From positions 9,982,001 to 10,046,000 of the forward strand of contig OZ176053.1 of the NCBI GenBank assembly GCA_964247055.1: DNA of 64,000 bases, read 5' to 3'. The stretch comes from Paragordius varius. Its lineage: Eukaryota > Animalia > Nematomorpha. The number at the start of each line of letters is the position of its first letter. Position 1 is the stretch's first letter. A model generated the notes under the pieces. The model was not told the origin of the DNA. It was given only the letters and a program-made list of their open reading frames with translations, and searched no databases. Shown piece by piece: positions 12,301-24,028 of the stretch. Made by a program: the position numbers and the translations under genes.

Positions 12301-15300
12301 TTAAAATTTAGGCCCATTGGTAAGGCCACCAAAATCTACCTGATCTTATAGGAATAAAAACTCTCAAAAATTAAATTTGACTAAAGAATAATTTTATTTA
12401 TATAGTTTTATTTATATTAAATGCATTTATATTTACTTATGTCCCATTTCATGTGTTATTGTGATGGCCGCTCCAAATCCATCCATCCCTTCATTGAGAC
12501 TAACTGATAGAATAGGATCACACACAAACTGTCCGAAAAATCCATAACCTATGGACATAAAACAATTTAAACAAATTACTAAAGTAAAATTCATTCGGTT
12601 ATATTTGCATTATTTATTTAAAGTTACCATCGATAAAATTTTAGCGGGTAATATTTGAAATTTATTATGTTGATACCGCTAAGTGTGGATAAAATTTATG
12701 TCGGAAGTTTTATATTACCATCTAGAATTCAATAACCAGAATTACATGACACCGAATAAATTTTTAATGCCAAGAAGCGCTAGCATTAAATTCAGTGAAA
12801 ATTTGGGAAAAGAGAGAATATAATGAATAATTAACAAATTGATGCTCATATTAACAAAAATAATATATTTGATTTAATATACCATTTTCAGTTCAAATAC
12901 AATTCAAATTTACCCTCGAACAATTCAAATTCACCCTTGAACAATTCAAATTCACCTTTGAACAATTCAAATCCACCCTAAAAATAAATTATGTATTTTC
13001 GAACTAATATAACTCATTATTAATATGAAATATATGTTTATGTTATAGTTTATTATTTTTTCAGTATTATTTTAATTTAATACAAAATTTTTATTTTTTA
13101 AAAATATATAAAAATATTAATAATTTTTAATATTAAAAAACATATATTTTATTTGAGGGTGAATTTGAATTGTTTGAGGGTGAATTTGAATTGTTTGAGG
13201 GTGAATTTGAATTGCTCAAGGGTGAATTTGAATTTGTTCAAGGGTGAATTTGAATTGTTTAAGGGTGAAATTGAATTGTAAATGGTATATTTCCTATAGT
13301 TAAATGACTTAAAAATGCGCCTGGTGATTTCGAAATAGAAAAAAACCTTATTTGGAAATATTATTTTTTAAAAATTTAAAAGATTTTATTGAAACGCTTC
13401 TAATCTAACCCTTTAGTAGTAAACCAATTCTTGAAACACTAAGATTAACCGGTATTTATTATAAAAACATATTTTGGCCAAATAAAACCACGTGAATGGA
13501 TAATACATGATGCACTTTTGGTAGGTTACATATATATTAAAATCTATATCAGGCACATTGGGTTTACATACAAAGTTCGCTATGCCTAATTTTTGAGTCA
13601 ATATATAAATAAATATTTATATGCCATTTACAATTCAAATTCACCCTTGAACAATTCAAAACCCTCGAATTCGAATTCACCCTTGAACAATTCAAATTCA
13701 TTCTAAAGAGAAATTTGTGTTTTCGGGTTAAAATAACTAATTATTAATATAAAATATATCTTTTTGGTTTAGATTATTATTTTTTCAGTATTATTTTAAT
13801 TTTAAACGATCATTTTTTAGATATTTAACATTTTTAATCTAAAAAAACAAATAATTTATTTTAAGGTAAATTTGAATTGTTCGAGGGTGAATTTGAATTG
13901 TTCAGGGGTGAATTTGAAGTGTAAATTGGTATATTTAAATGAGCCTTTAATTTTTATTGAATATTGAAATATTTTGGTAAAATCCAAATCTATTGTAATT
14001 ATAAGTTTACCAATGACTCTGCGTTCATGCACCTGACCAATCACATCATAGAGATCATTTCTATATTTAATATATAAAATTTGTTATTTGAATATTTTAC
14101 AAATATGGCATTGATTAAGTTTACAAAAATGTAATTTTGTAAAATGAGATGTCAATTTAGTAAAAAATAATTTTTATAGAGAACGGGACATACCCAGTTA
14201 ACAAAACAGAATTGTCCCAAATTCGATTTCTGTTAAGTGAAAATTGGTATCTTGAAAATTGCATGATCAGTGATCGGATATAAGAATTGGAAAATGGTAG
14301 AAAAGGCTAATCAATACAAAATTAATAAAAATGATCTATTCTGCCAATTAATAAATTGAATAAATAAATTTTTTAACGTTTTAATTAAAATTAAAACAGC
14401 CAATTTAAGCAGAGATAATTTTAATATACCGGATTTGATGTCATGAGATACAGTCGTACAAGATTAATTTTAATGGGTCGCCCGATTGATGGATGCAAAT
14501 AAAGTAGATGTACCTGTTATAGGAATATCATTATGTGTCGTTATTATTTATTCGAACATTAACTATTAAAAAAATAAAACATATGACAACAAAGACATAC
14601 AAAATGAAATAAACTAATATATTGGTTTCGGATTTCAGCTATCGTCATCTGATTTCTTTCCATCTTTAATTTGATCAAAGATTGATCCAAAAATCCTGCC
14701 AATTCAAGGACAGGAGATGTTTCTGCATTATTGTTCCCACTGAGCTGGTGGAGAGTTGGAATATCATCATTTATTTGTGGTAGTTTAGAGCTTGTAGATT
14801 TCGCCTCACTTATTTTTTCAATTTTCTTTTCGGTTTCTTTGGTTGATGCAATCTTAATTTTTTTGAGGTGTTTTTCTTGTTTTGGCGCTCTGAAGGATTC
14901 GGTTAAGGAAGAAATTTTGGAATGTTTGACGGTACTTGACTGTTTTTGGTCAGTGTTTAATAGGAATTTATGCTTTTTATCGGTAATATCATCTTCCTGT
15001 TGTTGAAAGTTTATGTCTTCATTGCGTGTACCACCAATTCCTACTTCCAAATCAAACACATCTTCCACAGCATCGTGCTTTAAAAATGTTATATCTTCCG
15101 GTCTCAGAGTATCGTTATAATCTAGTATTAGGTTATTTAATACATTATGGATTTAACCGATAACAGCATTTTTATAGTATAATTAAATGAAATTTTATAA
15201 TTATATATAAAGGTGAAATTTATAGATGGATAATGTGTGGAGAGTGTAAAAAAGATAATCGTTTGTAATTTAAAAATATATACAAAACTAGCCTTTACAT

Positions 15301-16650
15301 TTGTTAACAGAGCATGTTTTGGGGTAAAAAGCCATTTGAAAGTACTCATCATCTTGGTTATCTTGCACATTCTCATATATCTAGTTTTACGAATAGATAT
15401 ATTAACTGTTTTCACAATACAGTTAAAAAATTGAAAAAAATAGTCTGATTACCGTATTAATAACTACATCATCATTCCTTTTTGCCGTAGGATAGATATG
15501 AGTTGGTTCAGAAAACAGGATATCTTTAACACTAAAGTCCTCCTCATCTTGCGTAAAATACTTATTATCGATTTTCGTTTCCTGACCTTCCATTTCCTTG
15601 CTCCATTCAAACACGGGTTTTGTTGCGGTGCTGATTGGAATTTTCAGATTTTTTAGAGACTTAATTTTTGTTGGTAAGGATCGTTTAAAGCGTTTATATT
15701 TGGGTTTACGGTTTTTTCTTTTTCTAATTTTATCTATACACACAAATTTTCCATTACTCAATTCGTAAATAACCCCAAAATTTTACAATCCATAGATGTA
15801 GGCTCAGTGGCGTACCGAGCATTTGCGGCGCCCGGGGCATAAAAGTTTTATGCCCCCCCCACCTCTTTTTTTAAAAGCCAATAAAACAATTTAAAAAAAA
15901 ATAAAAACGTTGTAACCTAAACACCATAGATAAGACAGCACAGTCATAAATTTTAAATCTATTAAATATATATAATTATATTATACTAAATTTAATCACT
16001 TTTAAATACATAAATATTATAATAAATTCTATAATATGGAAATTATATATAAAAATAATGTTTTTGTTGCATATATTGAATTGATCGTATGATAGTGGCG
16101 AACAATGATTTAAAAAATCATTTAGGCGCCCCTAAATAACGGCGCCCGGGGCATGATGCACCCCCTTGCCCCCCCTCGGTACGCTCCTGTGTAGGCTAAA
16201 ACTGGCTTTCCTAAAATATATGTTTTTAAATATTTTTTGATTAGATTTGAGCCCAACAGGGATTGCGTTTCTCTTGTGCCTCGGCTTAAAAAATTAATAA
16301 ATTGATATGAGTATAATAAAAAATATTTGGGTAAGCAGGGTTTTCTCACCGATAATGTTATTGAAAGAGTTGGATGATAGATTAATGGTAGATTATTTTT
16401 TAAAAAGCGTGTGACATTTTTAAATTTGATCATTCATGTGTTAACATCGGATTAATTTATAAAAAGAAGTACTTGATTGCTTTAATGTTTAACTATAAAA
16501 CCCTTTAATATTATTATATTACTATTCCAACTTTTTCTACTATTTATGAATATTATAAATTTTAAAAAGGCGAAATAAAATATTACATTCTAAAAAACCC
16601 AATAAATACTCAATCCATATAATCCCAAACATTAATTTAAAAAATAAAAA

Positions 16651-16699
<49 letters not shown>

Positions 16700-18871
16700 C
16701 CTACTCAACGATCCGTACCCTTAGTCAGTAACTGTATTTTAATCTAGACTCAACATAGTGGTTTAATAATAAAACAAGTAGCCGAATACGTGTAATATAC
16801 CATTCACAGTTTAAATTTGGGCAATTTAAATTCACCCTTAAACAATTCAAATCAGCTTAAAATAAATTATGTGTATTTTATAATATTTTTAAAATATTAA
16901 ATTCTGTTTAAAATAAATATAATGCCGAAAAATAATAAACTATGTCGTAATATTTCATATTGATGATGAGTTATATTATCCTGAAAATACATAATTTATT
17001 TTTAGGGTGAATTTAAATAGTTCGAGGGTGAATTTGAATTGTTTAAGGGTAAATTTATATTGTTCAGGGTAAATTTGAATTGTAAATGATATATTAAAAC
17101 TATTCACTCAAATTGTAAAAAATATATGACTGCAAAAACCTAATCCAATATGTTCATCTAAGTTATCACGATTCCATTCAGATATGAGGTAGTATTCGTG
17201 TTGGGAAAAATCTGGCATGTCTCTCTTTTTTCTACGTTCCCTAAATACATTGGTTTCGAATCGATGCATTATATGCCTTTGTATCGGTTGAACAATGTAA
17301 AAATTATCTCCGTTGTGTCCATCTGTCATGCGCACCATGCCATTCTGGTATTTTAGTTATTTTTCAAAATATTGATTGAATTTATAATATATATATTTGC
17401 TTTTGTAAATGTGTGTGGGCAAGCAACTGCAAAAAATACTTTTTGATATTGTTAAATAAAGTATATTGCTATATGTAAAGTATGATATTTTTTATATTGT
17501 ATCCAACTATGGGATCACTAAAGAACATTAACGTTAATAATTTCACCATTTTTAATCATTATCTACTTAGTCATCTTATATGTAATAAATAATATTTATA
17601 TTATTAAGTTTTGATCTACAACGGCGATAAAATAAATTACTTTTAATTAAATTTTGACGTTAGGGCTTTTTTCTACCTACAAAAAGACCCGTTTAACTAT
17701 ATAATAAAATTTACCAATTTATCATGGTAATCAAAGGCAATGACGGCTTTACGCTTTCCGATACGACTCCCTAAGCTAGAAATTTCAAATCCTTTTCCAA
17801 TGTAAAAACAAGTTGGTTTTTGTGTATTCTCAATCACATTAGATGGCTGTATACCTTTCATAGGGTCAGTAAAATTGTCTATGTTATTTATGGTGTCAGT
17901 TTTAATATTAGATAGTGTATCTCCTTCATTATTAGGTGCTTGAACGCCTCTTATATCATCTATTGAATATTCTAAGGGAACTATTTGTTCGCCCCTTATT
18001 TCATAACTTTCAAAATCTGGTTTGACATATTCATCGTTTCTCACCACGTCGAAATGAAAAGTTGTTACATTTTGGGTTGAATTACTTTGATCCAAAGTAT
18101 TTGTGGTATTAATTTGCGTCAAATTACCATTAATGTTTGTATTATTCATGGGTGGTATTGGTAATTGAATGGTGATTTCCATATTTTGCGGGCATTTATT
18201 AATGGGATTCGTATCTGGTTTTGTATCATTCAATGAGATTGTTCCATGGTTACTTTTATCAGTGCTATTCGTGTGACTTAAAATCGTATTATTATGAGTT
18301 TGATTATGAGAATTGGTTATTAAATCTTCCGTCTTCCCGTCAGAACCTTTAGGATTTGAATCATTAGATAAACTATTGTTATCGCCAATTCTATCACCGT
18401 CGTTGGACAAATCTCTTTTTGTTCTTAAAAGTGATGCTAATTTATGGTGTGGAAACAAATTCTGTATTTTGTCCGTGTTTAATTTTGTAATTATATGACG
18501 TTTTACTAGATTAATTTAATAAATAGAGTATAGGATTATAAAATTCTCATTGATAATAATAAAAATTACATTTAATGAGTTATTATACCTTTGTTTTTAT
18601 CACTTATACCAAAGTAATGTTGCAATTCATAGCTATTTAAATGATGATGGAGATTTGTTTGAAGTTCATTAGGAATATCTTCGTTTTTCTGCAAAAACAC
18701 AAAATATTTAATGAATGACAATCATTGCATTAATAAGGTAATAGGAATTTGCAATAACCGTGTTAAAAGGTTAAGGTTATATTTATTTAAAAACTATTTC
18801 GGAAACACACTTACCTGAAATATCCCAAATACCTGAGCGAATAGATTTATTAGGGGTAAGAAACTTTTCAT
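9334..18871 (-). CDS. ADAMTS-family (reprolysin M12B) zinc metalloprotease with one thrombospondin type 1 repeat and a Cys-rich domain, about 19 exons
   Basis: Spliced motif THEMGHNFGMDHD (12440-12470 joined to 12030-12053), Met-turn YIMA, ELAGFLD, LLTGNDLY, LPGLLYDINEQC, PALEGTVCG, TSP1 GWTPW...CTSLC...GVEEFRRTC, and Cys-rich CRLYC...LPTGTLC...CIKGVC. Putative start MKSFLPLINLFAQVFG at 18871; stop TAG at 9334-9336. One junction (about 17140 to 15790) is unresolved. Confidence 0.9.
12877..13290. mobile_element. MITE family A copy 1: terminal inverted repeats built of 21-bp tandem units
   Basis: Ends ATATACCATT...AATGGTATAT. The left arm has repeats of GAACAATTCAAATTCACCCTT and the right arm has their reverse complement. 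Confidence 0.85.
13619..13934. mobile_element. MITE family A copy 2
   Basis: Ends ATATGCCATTTACAATTC...GTAAATTGGTATAT with the same 21-bp units and a similar AT-rich core. Confidence 0.85.
15805..16189. mobile_element. Non-autonomous hAT-type MITE, 385 bp
   Basis: TIR CAGTGGCGTACCGAG / CTCGGTACGCTCCTG (13 of 15 match). Perfect 8-bp TSD TGTAGGCT at 15797-15804 and 16190-16197. Confidence 0.92.
16795..17093. mobile_element. MITE family A copy 3
   Basis: Ends ATATACCATT...AATGATATAT with the 21-bp units. Confidence 0.8.
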
Positions 18872-21399
18872 TTATATGAAAATATTTTCAAAAAAAAAAT
18901 TAATATGAATATGGATACATTTGTGAGTTTTTTTAATAAATATATGTGTGTAGAGATATATGAGTGTGATAAAGTAGCTTTTTTGAAATTTAATATGTTT
19001 ATATGTAAAAAAATTGGGGTCAATCGTCTTAGTTATGGTAATATAATTGTAAAATCTTTATTTGATATATCACATAACCCTATGATTTTATTGTACATTT
19101 TAATACCTCCTAAGATAAAATTAATTGGATTAAAAAAGGGAAAATTAAATTAACATACATTGCAAATAGGAAAAATAAAACAAATTAAAAATAAAACATA
19201 TTATTCGACAAGGTTAGGAAAATTATCAATCAAAAAAATTCTTCAGTTTGATTATTGTGGATTTTAATAAAAGGATAATTTTATAATTTAGTTTTAGGCC
19301 ATATCTAAATAATATATATAACATTTTTATCGTTTAAAACTTTTGAAAATTATTCGTATTTATCACTGTTGTCCGAAGTACCGATTTGTTTGTTAAATTT
19401 GATGCATAGGATTAAAATCAAAACTCAATTGGTCCAATAATGGCCGCCTGAACACGATGTAGGCCACTGGTCTTAATATCTAGTAAAAATAGAATTTCAA
19501 ATAAGGCGCTCACAAATCGGCTGTATATTTGTTTTCTTCATATATTAAGGCTGTATTTGTCAGATAACTTAACTGGTTAGACAGAAAAGAAAATTTTCAG
19601 ACCACTTCAATCAAAAGCGTTATAACTTCTTTGAGAAATGAATGGGCTTAAAACCGGAGCCAAAGTTTTTGGATATCACAGCACCTGATTATCACAATAG
19701 TATAGGAAGAATGGTCTCTGTAGCTTTAAAAATTAATTTTTCAATTTTATAAATACCAAATATTTGGCATTAATAAAATCTAAGAATTTGAAATTAATTC
19801 GGTTCAGTACGTTATATTAACTAAAAAGATAACAAGCCTAGAACATTAATACTCTTATCCACGCTGTTCATCTAATATATAAAAGTTATTTAATTTCAAA
19901 CAAAATTGGGTTGGCTTGCCAACTGTTGTTGTTAATGCATAGATCAATGTCAATTCGCTATCTCGTATTTTTACCAGTTTTTCTCATGTGCGGGAAATCG
20001 GCTGTTGCGATGATTGCTTGATTGATAAAGTCAGATTGTCAATGCGCATTTTGCACCTCGTTTCCTGGAACGCTATATTTTTCCTGTCCTCAGACGGTGT
20101 ATTCCTAAATTTTAGCTCTAGGTAATATGGCCAAATTAAGTAAGTTTTATTTTAAGGCGTATGCCAAACAATGATATGTCGATTTGATTTAGCCAAGAAT
20201 TTTAATGTTGATAGATTTTTTGAGAAAAATACATTATATATATAACTTTTGAAAAGGAAAACCTTAATTATGATAAAAATGTTTAGCATATAATAATATA
20301 GAATGTATTTACCATCGTGTTTTACCAAACTAAACTATGATATAGGATTGCCAAAAATTTGATTTCTAATTATGAATTTAAGTGAAAATATTTTTTTATG
20401 TCATAATATACCATATAATGTTTTTTTAAATCTTGCTATTTGTTTATTTTACAAAAATTAGTCTAATTTAATGGGAGGCACAATTCGAAATTTCATAAGC
20501 TAATCTAAAAAACATTTTTTTAAATATGGTTATTTATATACATTGCGTTTAAAACCGGGGGGGGGGGTAAAAAAATCCTGATGAAATATATATATTTTTA
20601 CAAGAAATTATCATGGAGTTTTTGGTTTTGGTCCTTCCGAGTCTTTGAGAAAGTTTTACTTACCTTTGTGGTAAGTGCTCCAGATCAGAAAGTGAAATTC
20701 GCGCACATTCTTCATTTTTTTGGTGAAAGCTAAATGCTTTCCAAAAATATCACTAAAATATATTTTAAACCACATATAAAAAGCTAAACAACATATTTGT
20801 TTTAATTTTTAGATGTGTTCTCCAAATTTTTAATGCCCTTTAAAAATGGCTAGTTTACTTAAATTAAACGCAAAAACTGAGATTTTTTTAAATATATTCC
20901 AGTAGGGAGTGTAACAAATGGCTTTGCGCGCCACATTAAAAAATTAAACATAACATATGGTAAAAAATTACGATCATGATACATCTAATAATTATTTTAA
21001 TTTTTGTTTCTTCCGAAATTCGGAATTTATTTAGATTTGTTACGGTTTTTTTCTCTAAAAATTGTGAATGAATGATATTTTTACTATAACCTTATTACTT
21101 TAATTAAAGGGTAATATATGGTATATAGAATATTTAACCTTAAAATAACCTTTTACCATAAATTTAATGGTGTTGATACCATAGATATATTTCCGAATAG
21201 CTTTTATTCAAATATTATAGCAAGTTATATAAATATTATAATTTTACCAGAATTAATTCTTAGATTATAAAGTTTTTATTTATTTGGTTTATTTCAAATA
21301 ATTCGCCGGATCTATTGTGTGATGCCTCCTGTTATAGATTATGTCATCCCAAATACATAGTTTTGTAAAAAGTATACTTTGTTTGGAAATTTATTTTTT

Positions 21400-21750
21400 A
21401 GCAATTTTTTTGAAGCGTACTTCATACTATTTTGAGACATAATGAAAACGGTATAAAAACGCTTTAAGATATAAAAATGCTTTTTCTATATGATTCGATG
21501 ATGCTCATTTCTATCACCTCAGAATTTTGATTTTAAGGTTCGTTTGCTTTAAGTTTGTAAATAAAAACAAATTATATTTAACGTAAATTTTAAGGCGGAC
21601 TTATATTTTAATTAAAACTTAAGCTGATAGAAATGTATCATCAATTATATGGAAAAAGTGTTTAATAATATTTTAAAGCGTTTTTATACCGTTTCTTGAT
21701 ATTAAATAGTGTAAAATACGCCTTTCATAAAATTTTGCTATAAATTAATT
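21400..21750. repeat. Degenerate foldback / MITE-like inverted repeat
   Basis: GAAAACGGTATAAAAACGCTTTAA (about 21444) pairs with TTAAAGCGTTTTTATACCGTTTC (about 21673). The inner CATTTCTATCA pairs with TGATAGAAATG. Confidence 0.65.
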
Positions 21751-21843
21751 TCTTAATATATTTTTTGGGAAAAAACCATTTTGAAAATTAGCATATATTC
21801 GAATTTTTTTTCGTCGATCTCTGTATTCTGTCGTTTATTTTAA

Positions 21844-22383
21844 CCTTCGATGCAAATTGGGGCTAAATACCCCAGACTGTATTTAAGTTTATTTTTTTTA
21901 TTAAAATACTGAAAAAACGGTCCAAATTTAAATTTATGCTTTTTTCCTAATAAATAAAAAAGCCGAAATATCTAAATAAAATTTAGTTAAAAAAAAAGTT
22001 CCATATCAAACCACTCCGAAGCTATTTTTATTTTATAACATTTTTGCAAAATATCGTGTTCATTTGATTTTAAAGCTAAAATTTTATTTATATCACATTT
22101 AACATTGAAAGAAACATAAGTGGTTTATTATGTATTATTTTTAAATTTAAATGCACACATGCCATGTTGACTTAATTTTATACCTTCTGGTCGTACCTTA
22201 AAAGTAATATTAAGTATTTTTGAATTTTTTTTATATTTCGGTTAATTTATATAAGTGTAAATTTTTGCCATAGTTTCAATTCATCCGATATTTTATGAAT
22301 TCTTTAATTTTAAATAGGTTTGGGGTATCAAACTACCACCAATTTGAATCGAAGTACTGAAATGAATGTGTTGTATCCCAGTG
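21844..22383. mobile_element. piggyBac-like MITE family B copy 1
   Basis: TTAA flanks (21840-21843 and 22384-22387) and colinear similarity to 22840-23419. Confidence 0.75.
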
Positions 22384-22839
22384 TTAAGAGTTCTGGCCAT
22401 TTTAAAAAAGGCAATAAATTTGAAACTTTCGGAACGCACATCTAAATTTTTTTTATATAAATAAGGTTTGCTTTTTATATGTAGTTTATCATTAGGAATA
22501 TTTTTTAGTGAGCCCATAGCTTTCACAAAAATATTTAAATAAATATGCGCAAATTTTGCTATTTTCTAATATGGAGGAGTTACGAAAAAAACCCGAATAA
22601 CACACTTAATGACGTTTTGCCTAACCAAAATCAGTTCTATACTTTATGCCCTTTGGGGTAGTTTTATTCCCAGAGCTAAAATTTATATATCTTGAAAAAT
22701 ATTTTCCATAAATATAATATTATGCCTTCTTAAGCCTTTTAGGCGGATGATAGTATTTTTTATCAATCTTGGGACCCTAGAAGTTAAAAATATGTTATAA
22801 ATTAAGTTATATATAATTCATAAGAGTTCACTACTTTAA

Positions 22840-23419
22840 CACTTCGATTCAAATTGGGGTATCTAAATACCCCAGACTAAATTTAAATTAATATTTTTAA
22901 AAAACTACTGAAGGAAACGGTCCCAATTTAAATTTATGCTTCTATCCTGATAAATAATATATAAATATGCCAAAACATCTTGATAAAATTTTGTTTTGAA
23001 AAAAAGCTCCATCTCAAACTACTTCGACGCCATTTTTATTTTACAAAATTTTAACAAAATATCGTCTTTATTTAATTTTAGGGCAAAACTAAAGCTAATT
23101 TTTTATATAAATTACATCTAACATTGATAGAAATAGAAAAAGCGGTTTAGTTTGTATAATTTTTCAATTTTACAATTTGACAAATGTCACGTTGACGAAA
23201 TTTTTACCTTTCGGTTTAAGCTTAAAATAAGTAATATCAAGTATTTTTGAATAAATTTTTTTTTATATTTCGGTTTATTAATGTTAGATAAGTGCGAAAA
23301 TTTGTCATGGTTTCGATTCCTTCTATATTTTTTAAAGAATTTAATTTTAAACAGGCCTGGGGTATCCAACTACCCCAATTTGAATCGAAGGACTAAAATG
23401 AGTGTGTTGTATCCAAGTG
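22840..23419. mobile_element. piggyBac-like MITE family B copy 2, 580 bp
   Basis: TTAA|CACTTCGATTCAAATTGGGGTA ... TACCCCAATTTGAATCGAAG-spacer-AAGTG|TTAA, with TTAA on both sides. Confidence 0.85.
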
Positions 23420-24028
23420 TTAAACATGTCATCATATAAAAATAAACCTCTAGGAAAGTAGAAATCTATCGATGTGAAAATTATATAAAATAGAAATTAT
23501 GATACTACGCTGTACCACAGAAGGTGGCTAAAAAATAAAAGCTTTTTTGATTAAAGATAATACTCTTACATGCATTTATATTAAAATGATCAAGATGTAA
23601 TTTAAATTTTTTTTATAGTTTGCGATAGCATAATAGCATTTTTCTCTAATTAAGGAAAGCAGTCACTAATACTTTTTTAAAAGTATTAAGGCATATTATG
23701 ATTTTATACTAAATTTTGCATTAATATATTATAATAAACTTTCTTCAAAATAAGCTCGCTCGAGTAGCAGTATAACTTATTTAAATAAGTATTTTTAAAT
23801 TGGTGTAAAATATTCCTCTTTTATAAGTTATCCATTTAGTTTAAGCCAAAATTTCAAAAAAATATTGTGAATTTTATATTTTACAGGCCAATATTTGTTA
23901 GTTTATTAATTAAACGCTATCTACAAAATATAGAAATTATGTTTGTACAAACAAACTGTTTAATTATAATAACATGTATCCATATGTCTATTTAAATACC
24001 TAAAGTAAATTTGCAACATTTTTTACTA

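Noticed and set aside
12900-13280. Short direct repeats resembling a CRISPR array
   Set aside because: There are no unique spacers, the units are head-to-tail and inverted between arms, and the context is eukaryotic. These are MITE terminal repeats.
14731-15006. Hydrophobic plus-strand ORFs (also 46937-47281, 24136-24366, 7640-7921 and 18313-18498)
   Set aside because: These are antisense or alternative-frame shadows of real exons.
16653-16760. Possible retroelement 3' end attached to the (TA)n run
   Set aside because: It is too short, with no recognisable motif or TSD.
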